This document shows, one piece after another, positions 28,466 through 42,030 of a stretch of DNA of 64,000 nt (position 1 is the first letter of the stretch; each line of letters starts with the position of its first letter). Source of the DNA: Macrostomum lignano (Eukaryota); the NCBI GenBank assembly GCA_002269645.1, contig NIVC01001710.1:62001-126000 (forward strand), given 5' to 3'. The notes under the pieces were generated by a model that worked only from the letters and a program-made list of their open reading frames with translations, did no database searches and was not told the origin of the DNA. Made by a program: the position numbers and the translations under genes.

Positions 28466-31232
28466 TCATGAGTCGCGCGAGTCGCTGTTAGTTCCGACCT
28501 GTCCGTCAACCCTGCGCATTTCCAGCAAGCCCGTGTTGTCATCGTTGGCCGAAGAAGTGGGGCCACCATGGCGGTTGTTGGCCATCACGCGACCGGCTTG
28601 GCGAGGCCTGTCGACTGGAAGGATTGGTTTGATGAAGTGAGTTTGCCGATGAGGACTCAGAGGCACTCACTACTAGTGCATGCAGCTGACTCAAAGATTC
28701 TGAACTTACCAGAGCAGCGCAGCCTGCAGATTATACTGAGATAAGCGTCTCGAAACTGCCGATTAAAGAGGCCGTAGATAATGCAATTAAACGAGGAATT
28801 AGAGTGGCACAGCAGCACAGCAAACGCGTGCACCTGCACTGGGAAACTGTTGGACACGTCAGTCACCACGATGGTTGCGTAGGGAATCCAGCAGAATGCG
28901 TAGGTCACGAACACGACAAAGAAAGTTCGGAGCATGACCAGTTCACGGCGGAGCCTGCGGTGTCCAGTGGTAGACGTTGAATTAAAGAGGCCGGAGCTCG
29001 AAGTGGATTGCGAAGCTGATGAAGATGAGAGGCGCTGGCGCGATCTGCGCACAAACAGGTAGATTCTGGCGTAGGACACGCCAATGACCAGCAGGGGATG
29101 TAGATCCCAACCACAGCGAAGAACAGTGTGTAGGAGAAGTCGGCGAGACGGTCGTACGCGCACACGAACTGCTTGTCGTCGAAGCTGAAGGCGCCCCAGC
29201 CGAAAAAGTTCGGAGAAACTGCAAATCGAATAGGAGATCCATCGAAAATGGTCCCCAAGAGAATTGCTCAGACAACAGACTTGAATTCCCTCAGACACTA
29301 GCTTGGAATTCCCTCAGACATAAGGCTAGAATCCCCTCAGAAAACAGGCTGGAATTCCCTCAGACATTAGGGTAGAATCCCCTCAGAAAACAGGCTGGAA
29401 TTCCCTCAGACATTAGGGTAGAATCCCCTCAGAAAACAGGCTGGAATTCCCTCAGACATAAGGCTAGAATCCCCTCAGAAAACAGGCTGGAATTCCCTCA
29501 GACATTAGGGTAGAATCCCTTCAGAAAACAGGCTGGAATTCCCTCAGACATTAGGGTAGAATCCCTTCAGAAAACAGGCTGGAATTCCCTCAGACATTAG
29601 GGTAGAATCCCCTCAGAAAACAGGCTGGAATTCCCTCAGACATAAGGCTAGAATCCCCTCAGAAAACAGGCTGGAATTCCCTCAGACATAAGGCTAGAAT
29701 CCCCTCAGAAAACAGGCTGGAATTCCCTCAGACATTAGGGTAGAATCCCTTCAGAAAACAGGCTGGAATTCCCTCAGACATTAGGGTAGAATCCCTTCAG
29801 AAAACAGGCTGGAATTCCCTCAGACATTAGGCTGGAATTCCTTCAGAAACCAGGGCTGGTATTCCCTCAGACATTTGGCTTGAATCCCCTCAGTCACTAG
29901 GCTGGAATTCCCCTAGACAACAGGCTGATAGTTTCTATTCCATCCATGTACATCATAAAAATCTCATATACATTACGCTGTAAAACTAATTTGACTTTTT
30001 GTACTGAAAAGGCCAGTGTTTACTACAATTGTCACATAAAATTCAGCACAGCTACATGTTGTCGAAGTTTGACACAAAAAATCCACAATTTTACCCGCAA
30101 TTGCGCTGAAGATCCACAATGAGAAGCAGGCTATTTTAGTGTTTCTATTGCTAAATATTCGCACGTAGCTAGCATTACGGCAGATGCAGATGTAGCGGTT
30201 GAACGCGATGGCGCCAATGTTGAGCAGGGAGCAGAAACACGAGGTCAGGCAGAAGAAGCCGATGGTTGAGCACAAGCCGGGTAAGCCTGCGAAGAACTCT
30301 TCACCGTAGAAGACGCCTGTTTGACGTAATTATTTTTCTTGATGAAATAGACTGGGAATCATAAAGGGAGCGTTCAAGGACCACTAGGAACACTTCCTTA
30401 TGTAGTCTAGTAGTCCTTGGGAGCGTTATGATAAGGTGTTTACCTATGCAAGTTTATTGCATGCTTACAGGTGTTTACCCGTGGGACATCTTCCTGAGAC
30501 TTTCCTGAGAGTTCTGTCATGAGACTGTGACCTTGCCCATGCTCTAATTCAATGCGACAAAAGCTAATGATTTAGCCAAATTAATATTGACACATCGATT
30601 TAACACGGCTGCCCTGCTTTCATGCTTAATCGGATGTTTTCAAGAGTGTTCTCATTAAAAACATTTCCTTTATTTCCCGATCCTGTCACCTGTTCTTCAA
30701 CTTCCTTGCAATTGTCGCTTTCAATCAGTTCGAAGTCTACTTGAGCCTTTCCCGTCTTGGCCATTCGCAAATGCGCTATTGATTTCACAACTGCTGACTT
30801 TGACCGACTTAAATTCTTAGCACAGAAGTTAACCAGATGGCAATCTGAAAATCTTTTCTGCTCTCGCCAGCAAGCATGAAGCTCTGGGGTTTAAGTACTA
30901 GGAAAGACTTACCAACAATATTCATCGGGATGACCATGCCGGTGACTGTGACGTCAGCGAAGGCCAGGTTAATTATGAATTTATTGTTAGTCGCGGAGCG
31001 AAGCTTCTGCAAAATAAAACATTTATAAGATTACGCCGATCTGCATTAGAAGGTACATGTAGAGAAGGTTTCAAATGCTTTTCGTTTAAATTAATCGATT
31101 AGTTACCAACCTTAACCGTGAGCACGCTTGAAATCACCAGGATGTTACCGAAGGTACCAAGCACGGCCGATAGGCACATTAGTACTACGTAAACTGCCAA
31201 CGGAGATAAAATGAACTCAGTAATAATAACAA
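28466..31232 (-). CDS. Melatonin-receptor-like rhodopsin-family GPCR (first coding exon not located; 1-nt frameshift at 29094-29097)
   Basis: Exons 31232-31111, 31006-30913, 30316-30095, 29218-28710, 28614-28466. TM1 GTFGNILVI, ICL1/TM2 KLRSATNNKFIINLAFAD, TM3 SLLNIGAIAFNRYICIC, ECL2 NFFGWGAFSFDDKQFVCAYD, TM6 FVTYAFCWIPY, TM7 HSNSSFNCIIYGLFNRQFRDAY. NRY and a non-NPxxY TM7 are melatonin-receptor-type hallmarks. Confidence 0.85.
29283..29925. repeat. 46-bp (2x23) minisatellite in a GPCR intron
   Basis: Unit ggaattccctcagacattagggtagaatcccctcagaaaacaggct. Confidence 0.95.
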
Positions 31233-33685
31233 CTGATTTTTGCTACATGTCACATGTACATGTAAAAATCATTTTCAACCTAAAGGAACCTTGCTGTGTA
31301 CTTGTATAGCTGTGTCTCCATGGGTGTAATAAGGTTGAATAATAATTGGAAAATATTTTTTGACGACAGGAATGTCAGTAATTTGGTGACAGGACTATAG
31401 AAAACTGCTGATAAATTACGTATACGCTCGTCCGTGATATACTCGTTGCTTTAATTTGAATAATAAATCAGGTAAATACTATACGCGCTCGTACATAGCT
31501 CTTATCGAAAGACCATCAGGATGTTCCGCGTTTGTAAGCATGACGCACACAAGCTGCATGCACTACCCTCAAAGTCCGGGATGAAGGATAAAGACAACAT
31601 GCAAAAAAACGCGGAGCGCGCACATACCAATTTGCAGCGTAACAAATTGCGTAAACAACTTACTCGGATAATGACGCACAAACCACAAGCCGAGGTGCTC
31701 ACGCGCAGCCAACGTTGCATTATTGGCGTCATCAGCTCCTGGCAGGTGCTCCAGTCGGTAAATGATATCCAAGTCCATAAATTTTTTGATACTGACAGTA
31801 TTGACCCTGAAAAAATAATAATTCCAGCAAGGCATCCGCAACGCTCCGATAGAGACGTGTCATCTTGATTTTAGAGCGTTCGCAATCAGACGATCGTGGC
31901 CAATGACAGTCAGAGGCTGGTAATCATTGGATAATGAAGCTGATCCTGCAGTGAGGTCCCTAGAGAAATCCGCCTCAGTACAGTGCTCGCGCATTTGCGT
32001 GTCTAGCTTGACTCGATCAAAGCAGCGGCCGGGCTCGATTGCATGGAAATTCATGATTCATTATCAATTTGATTAAAGATTTCTCTGCTGCACACAGAAA
32101 GCGAAATACATTAAATTCAGCATTTAAATATTAATTGTTGATTACATATGAAGCTTTTCTCCCGCGGTAGAGCTCAGATGGCTTCGTGTACTTCCTTGGC
32201 AATTGTGTTTTTCGAGGGCGTTCAATAAGTTTAAGGGCCATCCAGGATTCGCAGCAAAAAAAATTGCACACATCCAGGTAAATTACGAGCATGTAGATAT
32301 TCCGAGCCTACAAACCAAATGTAAAGGCTGCACTATCAATCTACGTATGCATCAGAATTTGATTCTAAACGTCCACCTACCTGGCAACTGGCACTCTTCA
32401 ACTGGACAGCCATGATTTTTTAATTCAAGTATGACTATAAAAGTGGCCTGCCGCAGTCGCAAAGCTTTAAGCGACTTTGACTAGCCTTTGACTGTAGTGC
32501 ATATGCGAAAAACAATTCTGTGTTTGATTGGTTGACGAAATTTCGTCTGGTTCGAGTGACGCTCGAGGAAGACCCCCGACTTCGACAACTCCAGAAAATT
32601 TGATGCATTACCAAGGACCACTGGAGTATAACAGGACGTGCGACTCAAAACTCAAAATCGTTTCGTTTTTAGGCAAATTTCCTGAAGATTACCATTTCTT
32701 TAATTTAGCATGCACAGGATGTTACTCTGTTGTATTGTAAAAGTTTCATTTCCATTTCATTTTGTTTATATTTCATAAGTCCAAGTCTAAGTTGTAAATA
32801 CACAAAAGTGAAATTTTTGTAATAAAATTGTTGCATACAGCTACTCTTAAGCCATTATTGTAGGCATAGTTCCATTTGCATGCATATATTAGTAGCTATT
32901 CCTAGACCTGTCTGAATGATTAAATACGAGCTATAGACAATGCTTACCAATATCAATTTTTATATGGTTGTTGACCTAGTCTTTAAAATGCTATCAATTG
33001 TTAAGCTAAGGCCTAGCTTAAGGTTATTACGTTGATACAACAAATGAAAATACATGAAGCTCATAATGTAATAAGCATGCGATGACCACGCTGCGAATTA
33101 TAATGTCGCAGGTGCCACAAAGATGACAAACAATAAACAGCATTATAAACAAAACTATAATTAGACTAATCTATGCGTCGTTGACCTCGAAATGTTAGGC
33201 AGGTGCAAAAAGCGCTTGAGTGGAAGCTTAATTAGATGAATCCTAATTTTATTAACCGCTAGCTACTAATTACAAAAATGGTCGTTTTGTTTTTACGAGA
33301 TAAGAGCGCGGAACAGGAAAATGTTTGCATCTTTTGCGACAAATCGAGCTAAATTCATTTCAACCTTGCCTTCATAGTCAACTCGCGTCACCCCGCACTG
33401 GAGCTTCAAGGAGCATGAACGAACTCTCCGCACACTGTTCCTACATTATTGACGAGTGAGCCAACGAGAACTTAGACGGAAGAGACTTTTTTCTTAGAAC
33501 TTTTTATCGCTGGCTGTAAAGCTGCGCGAAAAACGGATGCAAACTTTCCATTTTCAAAGGAAAAAGCACCCAAATGCTAATCTTTTAATGACGCGAATGT
33601 TTTGTTGCTTAGCTACGAGCGTATAAAGGGAATGTCAACTAAGGGCTGAATGGAGACTTTAAGTCCTAAGGCCAGCTATAATGAA

Positions 33686-33931
33686 CAAATGGTCCAGTCT
33701 AGTCCAGAATCTAAGCGCCAAATGGTCCAGTCCATGTCCAGAATCTAAGCGCCAAATGGTCCAGTCCAGTCCAGAATCTAAGCGCCAAATGGTCCAGTCC
33801 AGTCCAGAATCTAAGCGCCAAATGGTCCAGTCCAGTCCAGAATCTAAGCGCCAAATGGTCCAGTCCAGTCCAGAATCGAAGCGCCAAATGGTCCAGTCCA
33901 GTCCAGAATCGAAGCGCCAAATGGTCCAGTC
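33686..33931. repeat. 33-bp minisatellite
   Basis: Unit aatggtccagtccagtccagaatctaagcgcca, about 7 copies. Confidence 0.9.
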
Positions 33932-34738
33932 CTGAGAGAACTTTTAAAGATTGTCCATGTGGAATTGAAATATTGAAACTAAAAATTGTTATATTTCTAG
34001 TAAAGTAGGAAAAGAGATAAAGCAGAACAGAGACAGAGATAGCGATGAGATGAGAGTAGAGAAAAGGATTTTTTGCAGATTTGCACCACAATTTTTAAGA
34101 AAAAATATTCTGGTTGGAGCGACAATCTCCAATCCCTCTCACTAAACCAGAATCGAGAGGGACTCAAAGAGGCTTCTCAATCACAACATGTGACAAGAGT
34201 TGCTTTGCCAGAAATTGCTTCCTTCGGGGCCTTCATCTCGTCGGAGCTGTCAGACCTGTCATCAGTTAAAAGTTCAAGGAAGAAAACTGCCGATGTCATC
34301 GAGAAGAGAAAGTGCAAACAGCAGGGTTTCCTTTCAAGCTAGCAAGATTCATAGACCCAGTTTAAATGGGTGCCGACTTCATTCTTTTTGTTACAGCATA
34401 ACAAATTAAATAAACTCATCGACACAATCAACTGTTTTTCTATAAAACAAAATTTTTATTTTTATAAAATAAATGACAGCAGATCCGCAAACTCAATCAA
34501 GTCAACAGTTTATTGCATAATACCAATTGTGTCTTTAAAATAGAAAACCAAGAAATATTGAACACCAAACATGTATTTTTCGCGACAACTGCTTTACACA
34601 ATACAGGTTTTTTAGCTATGTACCTTTAAATACATTGAATTACAGATTAGACGAGGATCTTTCAATAAGCCTGCAGAGCATGTGCTACAAGACTGAACAA
34701 AGCATGCATCCAGACGCAATTTCCGAATTCATTTGGAA

Positions 34739-34860
34739 GTTTCTATTGGCAACACGCGCGTACAAAGCTGCACAATTGAATTGGACAAAGCAGCTGCTGT
34801 CACGTGACTGCTCTCAGCCAATAGCGGCTCATTACGTGTGTGCTTGTTGCCAGTAGAAAA
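34739..34860. mobile_element. Palindromic element, degenerate copy 2
   Basis: Shares gtttctattggcaacac and gtcacgtgactgctctcagccaatagcg with 329-345 and 378-405, and ends in tgttgccagtagaaa. Confidence 0.6.
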
Positions 34861-34892
34861 GTTTTTAAAATGAGATAAAAGTCAAAAAATAA

Positions 34893-35165
34893 GATGGAAG
34901 AGGGAGAAAAGAGGGGAAAGAGGGGAGAGGGAGAGGGGGAGAGAATGGAGGGAAGAAGGGGGAGAGGGGAAGAGGGAAGATGGAGAGGGGAGGATGGGAG
35001 AGAGGATAGGGGAGAGGGTAGAGGGGAGAGCGAGGAGTGAGAGGGTGAGAGGAGACGGAAGATGGGGAAGGGAGAGAGGGGAGAGAGGGGAGAGGGGAAA
35101 GACAGAGGAGAGGAGATGAGAGAGGAAATGGGAGGGGAAAGAAGAAAGAGAGCTAAAAAGAGACA
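34893..35165. repeat. Polypurine (G/A) low-complexity tract
   Basis: Seen directly. Confidence 0.9.
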
Positions 35166-35426
35166 CAAACCTTGAGCACTTGAGCGGGCGTGTCCTTTAC
35201 TCCAGTCAGTAACTACGATATACTCGTAGAAAATTCAATTCAGAACAACTTTCGCTGAAGTCAGTTTCTATAGTGTGGAAATTATAGTTTGTAAAGTTGA
35301 CCGACTGAAACTAAAGAAAAATATCGAAGTGGACGCCTACCGAAGCGCGAACTATCTTAGGAGTGCATCTGTTTTGCAAGCGCGCGCCAGTTCAACAGCG
35401 TCTTGATTTTTTGACAGCGCACCCGC

Positions 35427-36137
35427 TCACTGTCCTTGACGCTTTTGATGACGCTGCTTATTCGCGGCCTCTTTAAGCAGCTGGGCCACCCGCAGCTCCG
35501 GCTTGAGCAGCTGCTCCAGCTGATCGGGTATGCAGCTCCTAACAGCCGACGGCCGCAAGCTCAAATAGAATGGGAACGAATTGCCCGATACCTCCAGCGT
35601 AGAGAAATGCCCGGACTCCTCTGTGAACACCAGGTGGTCCCGATGGACGGCCAGGTTACGCCGCCGGCCCCAGAAGCTGACGTGGGCCAGGTAAACAATG
35701 TTGGAGTTGCGACCGTCAATAGACAGCTCGCCAACAATGCGGCGAAGCAGAAGGGAAGCGTAAGCCAGCACGCCAAGGCTGAGCAGGCTGAGCGACAGCA
35801 GATAGGTAAATGCCGATGTGGTATCAAAACCACACAGCCAAGCAACCCCATTGCCCGTGCAAAGCAGCAAAACGCTGCCAGTCTGAACTACTTTGAAGCT
35901 GGACACAAGGTTAACTGGCAGGATGTACTTATATTTGTAGATTGTTAACCTATTTGAATAGGCGGCATTTTTCAACAGGTCAGGCACAATGGTTGGACCA
36001 TTGGCTAGTAATTGCTCAGCACTGATTGGGGCCTGCTGGCTATGGCTGGACTGCTTGGCCAGACAGACTCGAATGACTGTCCTCAAGCATGATGGCTTGT
36101 TGGCCTTGGCGGCTAGGCTTGGCAACTGACAGTGCAA
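35427..36137 (-). CDS. TMEM186: TMEM186 (mitochondrial inner-membrane protein, TMEM70/186/223 family), main coding exon
   Basis: IYKYKYI..V..VSSFKVVQT, two hydrophobic segments, and LRRIVGEL…LAHVSFWGRR…FYLSLR match the TMEM186 pattern (RLKLAQT…LRRLVGILY…AHLNFWG). A strong acceptor (ttctccacttataattcttccag|) precedes 36137. The start codon must lie in an upstream exon. Confidence 0.85.
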   Translation of the reverse strand: MHCQLPSLAAKANKPSCLRTVIRVCLAKQSSHSQQAPISAEQLLANGPTIVPDLLKNAAYSNRLTIYKYKYILPVNLVSSFKVVQTGSVLLLCTGNGVAWLCGFDTTSAFTYLLSLSLLSLGVLAYASLLLRRIVGELSIDGRNSNIVYLAHVSFWGRRRNLAVHRDHLVFTEESGHFSTLEVSGNSFPFYLSLRPSAVRSCIPDQLEQLLKPELRVAQLLKEAANKQRHQKRQGQ

Positions 36138-37659
36138 CTGGAAGAATTATAAGTGGAGAACAGCATATATTATAGTACTATTAAGCATTTAATTTTATAT
36201 ATATTGCTATATCTACATGTATATACAAGTGATATGATCTATAGACTGTAACATTTCACTAAAATCAGACAATCTTAAATAAGAATAATATTTAGTTTAA
36301 TCCAAATTACTAAATTAGACATTTTTCCCAAATGCTTTCAATTGAAAGACAAGAGTATTGAAACTATAAAAAGTCAATTATATATATACTAATTCAAAAT
36401 ATAGACAAAGATTTTAAATGTTCCCATGCCTTTATTTAGTGTTATAATTTAACAAATTTAATTTGAAGAAAATCTATAGCCTTTAAAGGATAATGGTATT
36501 AATTTTCTATTTTTCTTTAATTAAGAAAGATTAAGTTTTTATAAAAACATAGGCTAATAATATATCTAGCAGAAATTTTTTCTAAGTCTATAGTTTAATA
36601 AAGTAAAATATGGCATTTTAATGCCTAATAACAATCTTTCAAATAATATTCCTTAGTATTTTATAAACAAAAAATAGATACTATATAAAATAATTATTTA
36701 AAGGCACAACTCAGGTGTGGATCCAAAAGTTTTTTGAAAGGATGGACAAGCTACAACAAGCACAACAATCCAATATTGAGAAATAGACCCAGCATAGTAT
36801 CAAGCCAAAAAAGCATGGCCCAAATTTTTGTGGCCATAGCTAAAGGGGACATGACCCCTTTGACCTTTCTTCCTAGCATAACTAGGGAGGATAAGCAAAA
36901 AAGGCACATAAATAACCAAGGAAAACTTAGGATTTGTCTTTTTTATTAAACTTTAAAATAAAGCTAGAATGCCTAAAGCAAATACCTACTTAAATTAGGT
37001 CCAATTCTAGGTTTCTTGTAATATACAAGTGCTATGGCATCTTGATTAAATCCCTTATGCCAAATTTATTTAGGCCTAGTTTTTTCTAAGATTGATGCCA
37101 ACTTACTAAAGCCATAACAAATTAAATTTGATCTAAAATTGGATATAATTCAATAGAATATAGCAATATAATACACTAGGAATTTGGGACTTGGGTCAAG
37201 GGCTCAGTCAGAGCAATGTAGAAAGAGGCATAGAGACCTAGGCCTAATTATTTTTATCAATGATTATTTTTAGGTCGTAGAATAAAATTTCAAATTTATA
37301 TTGTAAGATTTGAGAAAAATAGGCCTTGGCCCTAGTTTTTAATAGAAAAAACATGGTAAAAAGTTGGTTAGACTTGGACTATATTATTTGGAATTATTTG
37401 AAATGGCTTTGCTTAGGCCTGGGCCCCTTGATATTGCTAATCTTCTATATAACTAAACCTGATCAATAATCTAAGACATTATATTATAAGCATCATTAAA
37501 GCATAAAAATTAGTTTAGTTAATTAGGTTATTACTAGCAATCTTTGCCCCCCAATGGGGGACATTTAGATAGAATCCTTGTTCTTTATAAAAAAACAAAC
37601 AGACAGCAAAATAAAGCCTTCATAAAAAATTAAAGATATTCTCTCTAAAAACAAAACAT

Positions 37660-38500
37660 CCCAAGACAGCAAGCATCCTCAGACAGCATTCAAGCATTGA
37701 TCCCCAAATAGCAAGCATCCCCCAGACTGCAAGCAACCCTCGATAGCAAGCAACCCTAGATAGCAAGCAACCCTTGATAGCAAGCAACCCTAGATAGTAA
37801 GCATCCCCCCGATAGCAAGCAACCCCAGATAGCAAGCATCCCCAGATAGCAAGCATTCCCCCAGACCCCAGATAGTAAGCATCCCCCAGATAGCAAGCAT
37901 TCCGCAGATAGCAAGCATTCCGCAGATAGCAAGCATCTCTTGATAGAAAGCAACCCTAGATAGCAAGCAACCCTCGATAGCAAGCAACCCTAGATAATAG
38001 TAAGCATCTCCCCAATAGCAAGCAACCCCAGATAGCAAGCATCCCCAGATAGCAAGCATTCCCCCAGACCCCAGATAGTAAGCATCCCCCAGATAGCAAG
38101 CATCCCGCAGATAGCAAGCATCCCCCAGACTGCAAGAAACCCCAAATAGCAAACATCCCCCAGATAGCAAGCATCCTCCCAATAGCAAGCAACTCTCAAT
38201 AGCAAGCAACCCTAGATAGCAAGCAACTCTCGATAGCAAGCAACCCTAGATAGTAAGCATCCCCCTGATAGCAAGCAACCCCAGATAGCAAGCATTCCCC
38301 CAAACCCCAGATAGTAAGCATCCCCCAGATAGCAAGCATAACCTGGATACAAAGAGACCTTATAGATATCTAGCAACCCCCTCTCAGATAGCAAGTACCC
38401 TCCAGCCCCCCCCCCCAAGAGCAAGCATCTCCCAATAGCAAGTTACCCCAGTAGCAAACATCCTTCCGATAGCAAGCATCCCCCTGATAGCAAGTATCCA
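37660..38500. repeat. Degenerate ~19-21-bp minisatellite
   Basis: Recurrent gatagcaagca(t/a)ccc(c/t)a. Confidence 0.85.
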
Positions 38501-38569
38501 TCCTTAAATAGCAAGCATCCACCTGAGAACAAGTAGCTAGTGCAACAATATCCTTAGCTTTATAGTGGC

Positions 38570-39850
38570 TCCATTTTGTTTGGCATGAAACGGTGTCTCT
38601 TTTATATTTGAAATGGTGGCTCATAAATGTTTGACATGGTGGCTTTTTTGTGTTCGACAAGATGGCTATTTAATGTTTAACATGGAGTCACGTATATGTT
38701 TCACATGATGGCTCTTTTATGTCTTACATGATGGCTCTTTAATGTTCAACATGGTGGCTCTTTAATGTTTTATTTGGTGGCTCTTCTATGTTTGACATGG
38801 TGGCTTTTTTGTGTTTGACATGATGGCTCCTTAATGTTTGACATGATGGCTCTTTAATGTTCGACATAGTGGCTCTTTTATGTCTGACATGATGGCTCTT
38901 TAATGTTTGACATGCTGGCTCTTTAATGTTTAACATGGTGGCTCTTTTATGTTTGACATGGAGTCACGTATATGTTGGACATGGTGGCTCCCTTATGTGT
39001 GGCATGGTGTCTCTTTTATGTTTAATGTTTGACATGGTGGCTTTTTAAAGTTCGACATGGTGGCTCCTTTATGTTTGACATAAAGTCATGTATATGTTTT
39101 ACATAGTGGCTCTCTTATGTTTGACATGGTGGCTTTTTAATATTTGATATAGTGGCTCTTTAATGTTTGACATGGAGTCATGTTGTGTTTGACATGGTGA
39201 CTCCTAAATGTTTGACATGGTGACTCCTAAATGTTTGACATGGTGACTCTTTTAATGTTTGACATGGTGGCAATTTAATGTTTTACATGGTGGTTCTTTA
39301 ATGTTCGACATGCTGGCTCTTTAATGTTTGACATTGTGGCTCTTTAATGTTCAACATGGTGGCTCTTTAATGTTGATATGGTGGCTTTTGAATGTCTGAC
39401 ATGGTGGTTCTAATATGTTTGACATGGTGGCTCTCTAATGTTTGACAAAGTGGCTCTTTAATGTTCTTCATGGTGGCTCTTTTATGTTTGACATGGAGTC
39501 ACATACATGTTTGACATGGAGTCACGTATATGTTTTACATGGTGGCGCTTTTATGTTTGACATGGTGGCTTTTTTATGTTTGACATGGTCGCTCTTAAAT
39601 GTTCTACATGGTGGCTCTTTAATGTTTGACATAGGAGCTCTTTAATGTTTGACATAGGAGCTCTTTAATGTTCGAAATAGTGGCTCTTTTATGTTTGGCA
39701 TGGTGGCTCTTTAAGTTTAATGTTCGATATGGTGGCCCTTTTATGTTTGACATGGTGGCCCTTTCATTTTTGGTATAGTGGCTCTTTGATGTTCAACATG
39801 GTGGCTCCTTTTTGTTTGGCATGGTGGCTCTTCTATGTTTGACATTGTGC
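38570..39850. repeat. Degenerate ~22-bp minisatellite
   Basis: Recurrent tttgacatggtggctctttaatg. Confidence 0.85.
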
Positions 39851-41139
39851 TTTTTTATGTTTAGCATTTGTGTTTTAAAGTGTTTTAATAAAAAAATTAT
39901 TTTGCACTACTAAGATTCGAACCTAGGTCACTACATTAGCATTCCAGTCTGTTCGCATCTAGGCTATCTGTTTTCAATTGGAGAACATGAATTGTGGCCC
40001 TTATAAATCAATTCTTATAGCAAGTTGGTTAGAGTAAAAAGTTATAACATAATCAATTTCTCAGTCAGCCAGTATCAGTCTCAATTCAAGTCAGCAATAT
40101 GGGTATGCAATTACAATCAAGTCTTGTATGCATTTTTTCAACACTGTTTTCATCTTGTTGTGATGCAATCTTTATCACAATTGAAATTCAATCAGTTAGT
40201 TTTTTCTCTTGCATTTTTACAATGCATTTCAGGTCGAAAGAGCTGCTTGACCTTTGCAAAAAAGCATGTTTTTCAAATATTTAATCCTTTTAACATTGAG
40301 CAATTTCTTAGCCAAGATGCATGTACTGTCCTAGGAAAATTTCTGATTGAATGGTGCAAGTTTGAAGAAAATTGGTTGAGCCATTTTTTCTAAAATCTAT
40401 CGCATAGCTAGATAGATAGATATAGACAACTCATTTTTAGTATAATAAATTTTGTCTTGATTTTTCAAGCAATAGAATAAAAACAATGATATTTCATATA
40501 GGCATAGGCCCTAAAATTTGCATCATGGTCATTATTTTATATATTGTCTTGCCATTTTGCATAACGAATATAGGCCCTACTTTTTTGTATAGAATTTTAT
40601 TGAATCCAAAAATGCTATATTTAGATAGGCAAAATAGAAATTATGATATTATTTTTTAATTAATAATTATATAATTATTTCTAATAAATTAACATTTTTT
40701 TTAAAAGCTAGGCCCTAGGGCCTATTGAAATATTAGTCTTAGGCCAGCCGATGCTTTTTAAATAATATATCATTTGCAACTTTCCAAAAAAATCATGCAT
40801 GCAAACCATCTAGGCCTACAATACAATCCTAAATAAAATAGGCATGGGCTTAAATTTTTTCATAAAAATGTAGAAATGATAAAGGCTCTAGCACCCCTAA
40901 GCCTAATAAGACTGCACTATTATTAATTTGTTATTAAATAGGGGCTAGGGGCCTAGGGCTAGTCTAGACTCTAAAATGAGCAAAAACTTAACAAAGTAAT
41001 TAGCAAAAAATTTATAATACAAATTACTTTATTTAGGCCAGGGCCTAAAGAAAAACAAAGATTACACAACAAGATATTTAAACTATGCCCTAGGCCTATA
41101 GGCAGGCTATAGCCCTACCCGAAGTCAAAGGAGTACTAT

Positions 41140-42030
41140 CAGATCACTAGGTCTATGCAAAGATCATTATGGGCCTGTAGTGACCTTCGCGAAAGTTCGA
41201 TGCATTTGAATTATTTAATTTCTAGAAATTTCCCTGTAGAGTACAAATTAAATTCTCGAAATTTCTTCTCACAGTAACTAATTTTAATACTCGCATTTAT
41301 AAATATTCAATGTATAATTTATTACAGAAAAGCAGTACTACAAGTAATGCAAATCTAATAGGAATCAACAATTAATATTTGTTTTGTTATAATGCTTAAA
41401 ATTTTCTAGAAGTTTCCGGCGATGCTCCTGATGGCTATAAATATACGGTGCCCACAGCGGATACTTCCTTACTACTTCTCCTTACTACTTCTCCATACTT
41501 CTTACTTTTGATTAAATAAAATAAGAACCACCGCCTATCTCTTTCCCTTTTCCATATTTACATTAAATCCTTACAGGCCTATTATTTAAAACACATTGGG
41601 ACGTTTATTACGTAGATTTTTTTCTACTTAAACCTAAAAGCTGATCAGAATAGGCCTAATTGAATGGATCTATCTTGGGAACCATCAACCAATCTCGATT
41701 TTTCTTTGAAACAGTCTAAAACAAATCAAATCACGCATATCAAATTTGATGCCGTTTTAAAATAACAAAAAGCAAAAAATGTTTCTTTAAAATTTGACTA
41801 CTCCTAGGTATTTGAAATTATTTTCTATGAAGAAGATTGATTGCTAAGGCAAAGCAATTAAAAAGTTTTAGACGGAACGCAGAATGATCAGGCAGATCAG
41901 CTTACAGCTTTTGACTTGATCCCGAAATTCTCCGATGAAAATCACGGCTCTTGAAAATTGTTTTCATGTTTCAGCAATCAGGTTAGTTGGTTGCTTGCCT
42001 GACTTAACCTGATAAACCTAACGTCTTAGA
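41140..42030. promoter_or_regulatory. Candidate bidirectional promoter / first-exon region for TMEM186 (-) and TPGS1 (+)
   Basis: CpG-retaining segment between CpG-depleted flanks. A minus-strand donor at 41905 follows ATG(41967)-KTIFKSRDFHRRISGSSQK, and there are plus-strand donors at 41982 and 42979. Confidence 0.35.

Noticed and set aside
31502-34409. Short ORFs at 31521-31868 and 34073-34342
   Set aside because: No recognisable motif and no convincing splice-site framework; they cannot be told apart from chance ORFs or decayed transposon fragments.
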